Of a stretch of DNA of 41,508 nucleotides, positions 38,886-41,508 are shown one piece after another. The translations under genes were made by a program, and so were the position numbers. Positions within the stretch are counted from its first letter, which is position 1; every line of letters starts with the position of its first letter. The DNA is from Nitrospinaceae bacterium (GTDB taxonomy: Bacteria > Nitrospinota > Nitrospinia > Nitrospinales > VA-1), in NCBI GenBank assembly GCA_020343535.1, contig CP070799.1:1782601-1824108 (forward strand), given 5' to 3'. Under the pieces are notes generated by a model. That model worked only from the letters and a program-made list of their open reading frames with translations. It had not been told where the DNA came from and did not search any database.

Positions 38886-39641
38886 TCAGAACTTGATGTT
38901 CCAGTCCTTGAGCATGGGAATGGCTTCATGGCGGGTGAGATCGTAATGAATGGGAGTGATGGAAATATGACGGCTGCCGACCATCTCGCAATCGGTCCCG
39001 GGGTCCACCTCGTCGAAGCGCATCTCCCCCGCCATCCAGTAGTAGGTGTTGTTGCGCGGGTCCACCCGCTTGTCGAAAGTCTCAAGCACGCGCGATTTCC
39101 CCTGCCGGGTGATGGCAACGCCCTGGATGGCCTCGCGCGGCACCGGCGGAATGTTGACGTTAAGCGAAACGCCCTCGGGAAGCCCCCTTTCGCAGACCAG
39201 CGGCACCAGCGTGCGGGCGAACTCGGCGGCGGGGCCGAAATCCGGATTTTCAAAGGTATCGAGCGACAGGGCCACCGAGGGGATGCCCATGATGGCACCT
39301 TCGGTCGCCGCGGACACGGTGCCCGAATAAATCGCACAGGTGCCCAGGTTGCCGCCGAGGTTGATACCGGAGACCACCATCTCCGGCGCCTCGTCGAGCA
39401 GCACCGAAACCGCGATCTTGACGCAGTCCGCCGGGGTGCCGTTGACGGCGTAGCCGATGAACTCCCCGTTCTCCACCACCTCCTGCACCTTGAGCGGCAC
39501 AGAAAGGGTGATGGCATGACCGACGGCGCTCTGCTCGCTGTCCGGCGCCACCACCACCACGGGGGCGATGCGCTTAAGCTCCTCGCGCAGGGCGCGCAGC
39601 CCGGGGGCATGGAAACCGTCGTCGTTGGAAAGTAGAATCAT
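38886..39641 (-). CDS. surE: 5'/3'-nucleotidase SurE
   Basis: ILLSNDDG..APG, AP..EQS, GTPADCV, SGIN.G.N, YSGTV.AA.EG, ISITP. Confidence 0.97.
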   Translation of the reverse strand: MILLSNDDGFHAPGLRALREELKRIAPVVVVAPDSEQSAVGHAITLSVPLKVQEVVENGEFIGYAVNGTPADCVKIAVSVLLDEAPEMVVSGINLGGNLGTCAIYSGTVSAATEGAIMGIPSVALSLDTFENPDFGPAAEFARTLVPLVCERGLPEGVSLNVNIPPVPREAIQGVAITRQGKSRVLETFDKRVDPRNNTYYWMAGEMRFDEVDPGTDCEMVGSRHISITPIHYDLTRHEAIPMLKDWNIKF

Positions 39642-39644
39642 GGT

Positions 39645-39683
39645 AAAAAAAGAGGCGATGGGCCCGAAGCGCCACCGCCTCTT
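39645..39683 (-). terminator. Intrinsic terminator after the peroxiredoxin gene
   Basis: Minus strand AAGAGGCGGTGG...CCATCGCCTCTT followed by a U-run. Confidence 0.75.
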
Positions 39684-39717
39684 GTCTCGGTTGTGAAAGC
39701 GCCGGTAAACGCCCGGG

Positions 39718-40305
39718 CTAGTTGTGCTTGGAGAAATAGTCGAGAGAGCCCTTGGGGTCGGCCTTCATGCCATCCTCGCCCTGGTGCCAGTTGGCCGGGC
39801 AGACCTCGCCGTTTTTCTCATGGAACTGCAACGCGTCGACCATGCGCAGCGCCTCGTCGATGTTGCGGCCGAGTGGCAGGTTGTTGATGAGCTGGTGCTG
39901 CACGACACCCTCCTTGTCGATGAGGAACAGCCCGCGGAAAGCAATGCCCATATCGGCCAGCACGCCATAGTCCCGGCTGATCTGTTTCGTCACGTCGGCC
40001 ACGAGGGGGTACTGGATTTCGCCCAGCCCGCCCTTTTTGCGGTCGGTGTTGCGCCAGGCCAGATGAGAGAATTTGCTGTCGATGGAAACACCGAGGACCT
40101 GGGTGTCGCGCTTCTCGAACTCCGCTGTCTTGTCGCTGAAGGCGACGATCTCGGTGGGGCAGACGAAGGTGAAGTCCAATGGGTAAAAGAACAGAACCAC
40201 ATATTTGCCCTTATAATCGGAAAGCTTGATTTGCTTGAAGTTTCCATCGGGCATGACGGCATCGGCCGTGAAATCCGGGGCGGGCTTGGCCACTAAGGTC
40301 GACAT
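39718..40305 (-). CDS. ahpC: Typical 2-Cys peroxiredoxin (AhpC/TsaA)
   Basis: [29 protein letters not shown]. Confidence 0.95.
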   Translation of the reverse strand: MSTLVAKPAPDFTADAVMPDGNFKQIKLSDYKGKYVVLFFYPLDFTFVCPTEIVAFSDKTAEFEKRDTQVLGVSIDSKFSHLAWRNTDRKKGGLGEIQYPLVADVTKQISRDYGVLADMGIAFRGLFLIDKEGVVQHQLINNLPLGRNIDEALRMVDALQFHEKNGEVCPANWHQGEDGMKADPKGSLDYFSKHN

Positions 40306-40416
40306 ATTTTACACTCCTGAAAGTAAGGGTTTTAATTTGAGGAATGCTAATTTAACACAAAGGCCCGGCCACGTTCAATCGGGAACTAGCCTCTCAAGCG
40401 GCGCCGCCGCGCATTC

Positions 40417-40445
40417 TTGACAGCGCCCAGGGCGGCTTCTACAAT
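40417..40445 (+). promoter_or_regulatory. Sigma70-type promoter TTGACA-N17-TACAAT for the CDF gene
   Basis: Consensus -35 at 40417-40422, 17-nt spacer, -10 at 40440-40445. Confidence 0.8.
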
Positions 40446-40532
40446 GAAATCGACCCCCCGCGGGCTATTTAATGAACGGCTCCAAACTGGAAACGGCCCG
40501 CGGCATCACCCGCACCGGAACGAAAACGCCCT

Positions 40533-41426
40533 ATGAACTCCCCGGCCGTTCGTAAACGGCTGACACTCTCTATCGTTCTCACCTTTTTCGTGCTCCTCCT
40601 GGAAGCTGCCGGAGGCGTGATCTCGGGCAGCCTGGCGCTACTCTCCGACGCGGGGCACATGTTCGGCGATGTGTTTTCGCTGACACTCAGCTGGTTCGCC
40701 CTCCGCATCGCCAGCCAGCCCGTCACCTCGACGCGAACGTACGGCTACCACCGCATGGAGATTTTCGCGGCGTTCCTCAACGGCGTCCTGCTCATTCTCA
40801 TGGCGGGGGTGATTTTTTACGAGGCCGTCCTGCGCTTTCAGGCCCCTTCCGAGGTGGACAGCGCGACACTCGTCATCGTGGCCGCCATTGGCCTTGCAAC
40901 CAACCTCGGCGTTATCTTTTTCCTCAAGGACGCAGCCGGCCACAGTCACGACCTGAACGTCAAAAGCGCCTTTCTGCACGTCATCGGCGACACCCTCGCC
41001 TCGGTGGGCGTGATCGTGGGCGGCGTCATCATGTGGAACACCGGCTGGTACCTGATCGACCCGCTCATCGCGGCGGCCATCGCCCTCCTGCTCCTGTGGG
41101 GCGGCTGGCGGGTGCTGGCCGATTCGGTGCACATCCTGCTCGAAGGCGTGCCCAAGGGCATCTCGCTGGGCGAGGTGGAAAGGGAACTCACCGCGATCCC
41201 GGCGATTCAGAACGTGCACGAACTGCACATCTGGTCCATCTGCTCAAACATCTATGCCCTAAGCACCCACGCGCTGGTCAATGACCAGAAGGTCAACCAG
41301 GTCGAGTCGATCCTGAATGAAGCGCGGGACCTTTTGAAAAATAAATTCAACATCACCCATTCAACCATCCAGTTCGAATCCCGCCCCTGCCAGGACAGCG
41401 AGGCACAATGCAATATGGAGCATTGA
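40533..41426 (+). CDS. Cation diffusion facilitator (CzcD/ZitB-like Zn/Co/Cd exporter)
   Basis: SLALLSDAGHM..D, TYGYHR.E..AA..N, N..SAFLHV.GD, VHELHIW, H.TIQ.E. Confidence 0.95.
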   Translation: MNSPAVRKRLTLSIVLTFFVLLLEAAGGVISGSLALLSDAGHMFGDVFSLTLSWFALRIASQPVTSTRTYGYHRMEIFAAFLNGVLLILMAGVIFYEAVLRFQAPSEVDSATLVIVAAIGLATNLGVIFFLKDAAGHSHDLNVKSAFLHVIGDTLASVGVIVGGVIMWNTGWYLIDPLIAAAIALLLLWGGWRVLADSVHILLEGVPKGISLGEVERELTAIPAIQNVHELHIWSICSNIYALSTHALVNDQKVNQVESILNEARDLLKNKFNITHSTIQFESRPCQDSEAQCNMEH

Positions 41427-41482
41427 TCCGGCGGGACGCCGCGCAGCCGTCGATACGGCAACGGGATAATGAGGCAAAAAAA

Positions 41483-41508
41483 ATGAAACTTGTTTTTCTC
41501 GGCACAGG
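41483..41508 (+). CDS. Start of a probable metallo-beta-lactamase-fold hydrolase (RNase Z/PhnP-like), cut by the window end
   Basis: ATG after GAGG gives MKLVFLGTG, a typical N-terminus for this fold. Only 8-9 codons are visible. Confidence 0.55.

Overview
This is a GC-rich bacterial chromosomal window made mostly of housekeeping genes. The heme-b EbdC/NxrC-like gene and the overall gene content tentatively suggest a Nitrospinota/Nitrospina-like nitrite oxidiser, but this is inference and not shown by the sequence. In order, it holds: ilvD (5'-truncated), a hypothetical gene, an EbdC/NxrC-like heme-b lipoprotein coupled to an M16 peptidase, dnaE, ald, an LRR protein, an unannotated 37-aa membrane ORF, an ATE1/Bpt-type aminoacyl-protein transferase and a GT2. 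Next comes a compact redox/metal operon with its own near-consensus sigma70 promoter (CYCYC protein, TlpA, His/Met-rich exported protein, orphan b6-like cytochrome b, glutaredoxin-like protein). After it are PCD, an MMPL/RND transporter and divergent lysA/speA. A long minus-strand block follows: ahpC, surE, purN, lolA, rseP, hypothetical, pepM fusion, proS, rimP, nusA, infB, DUF503, rbfA, truB, rpsO, pnp. The window ends with a CDF transporter and the start of a probable MBL-fold gene. I saw no tRNA, rRNA, CRISPR or mobile elements. Most worth a second look: (1) the Rieske-less cytochrome-b/thiol-redox operon; (2) a stand-alone PEP mutase-nucleotidyltransferase fusion sitting among housekeeping genes; (3) a 23-bp hairpin in the rpsO leader; (4) a multi-branch structured element between surE and purN.
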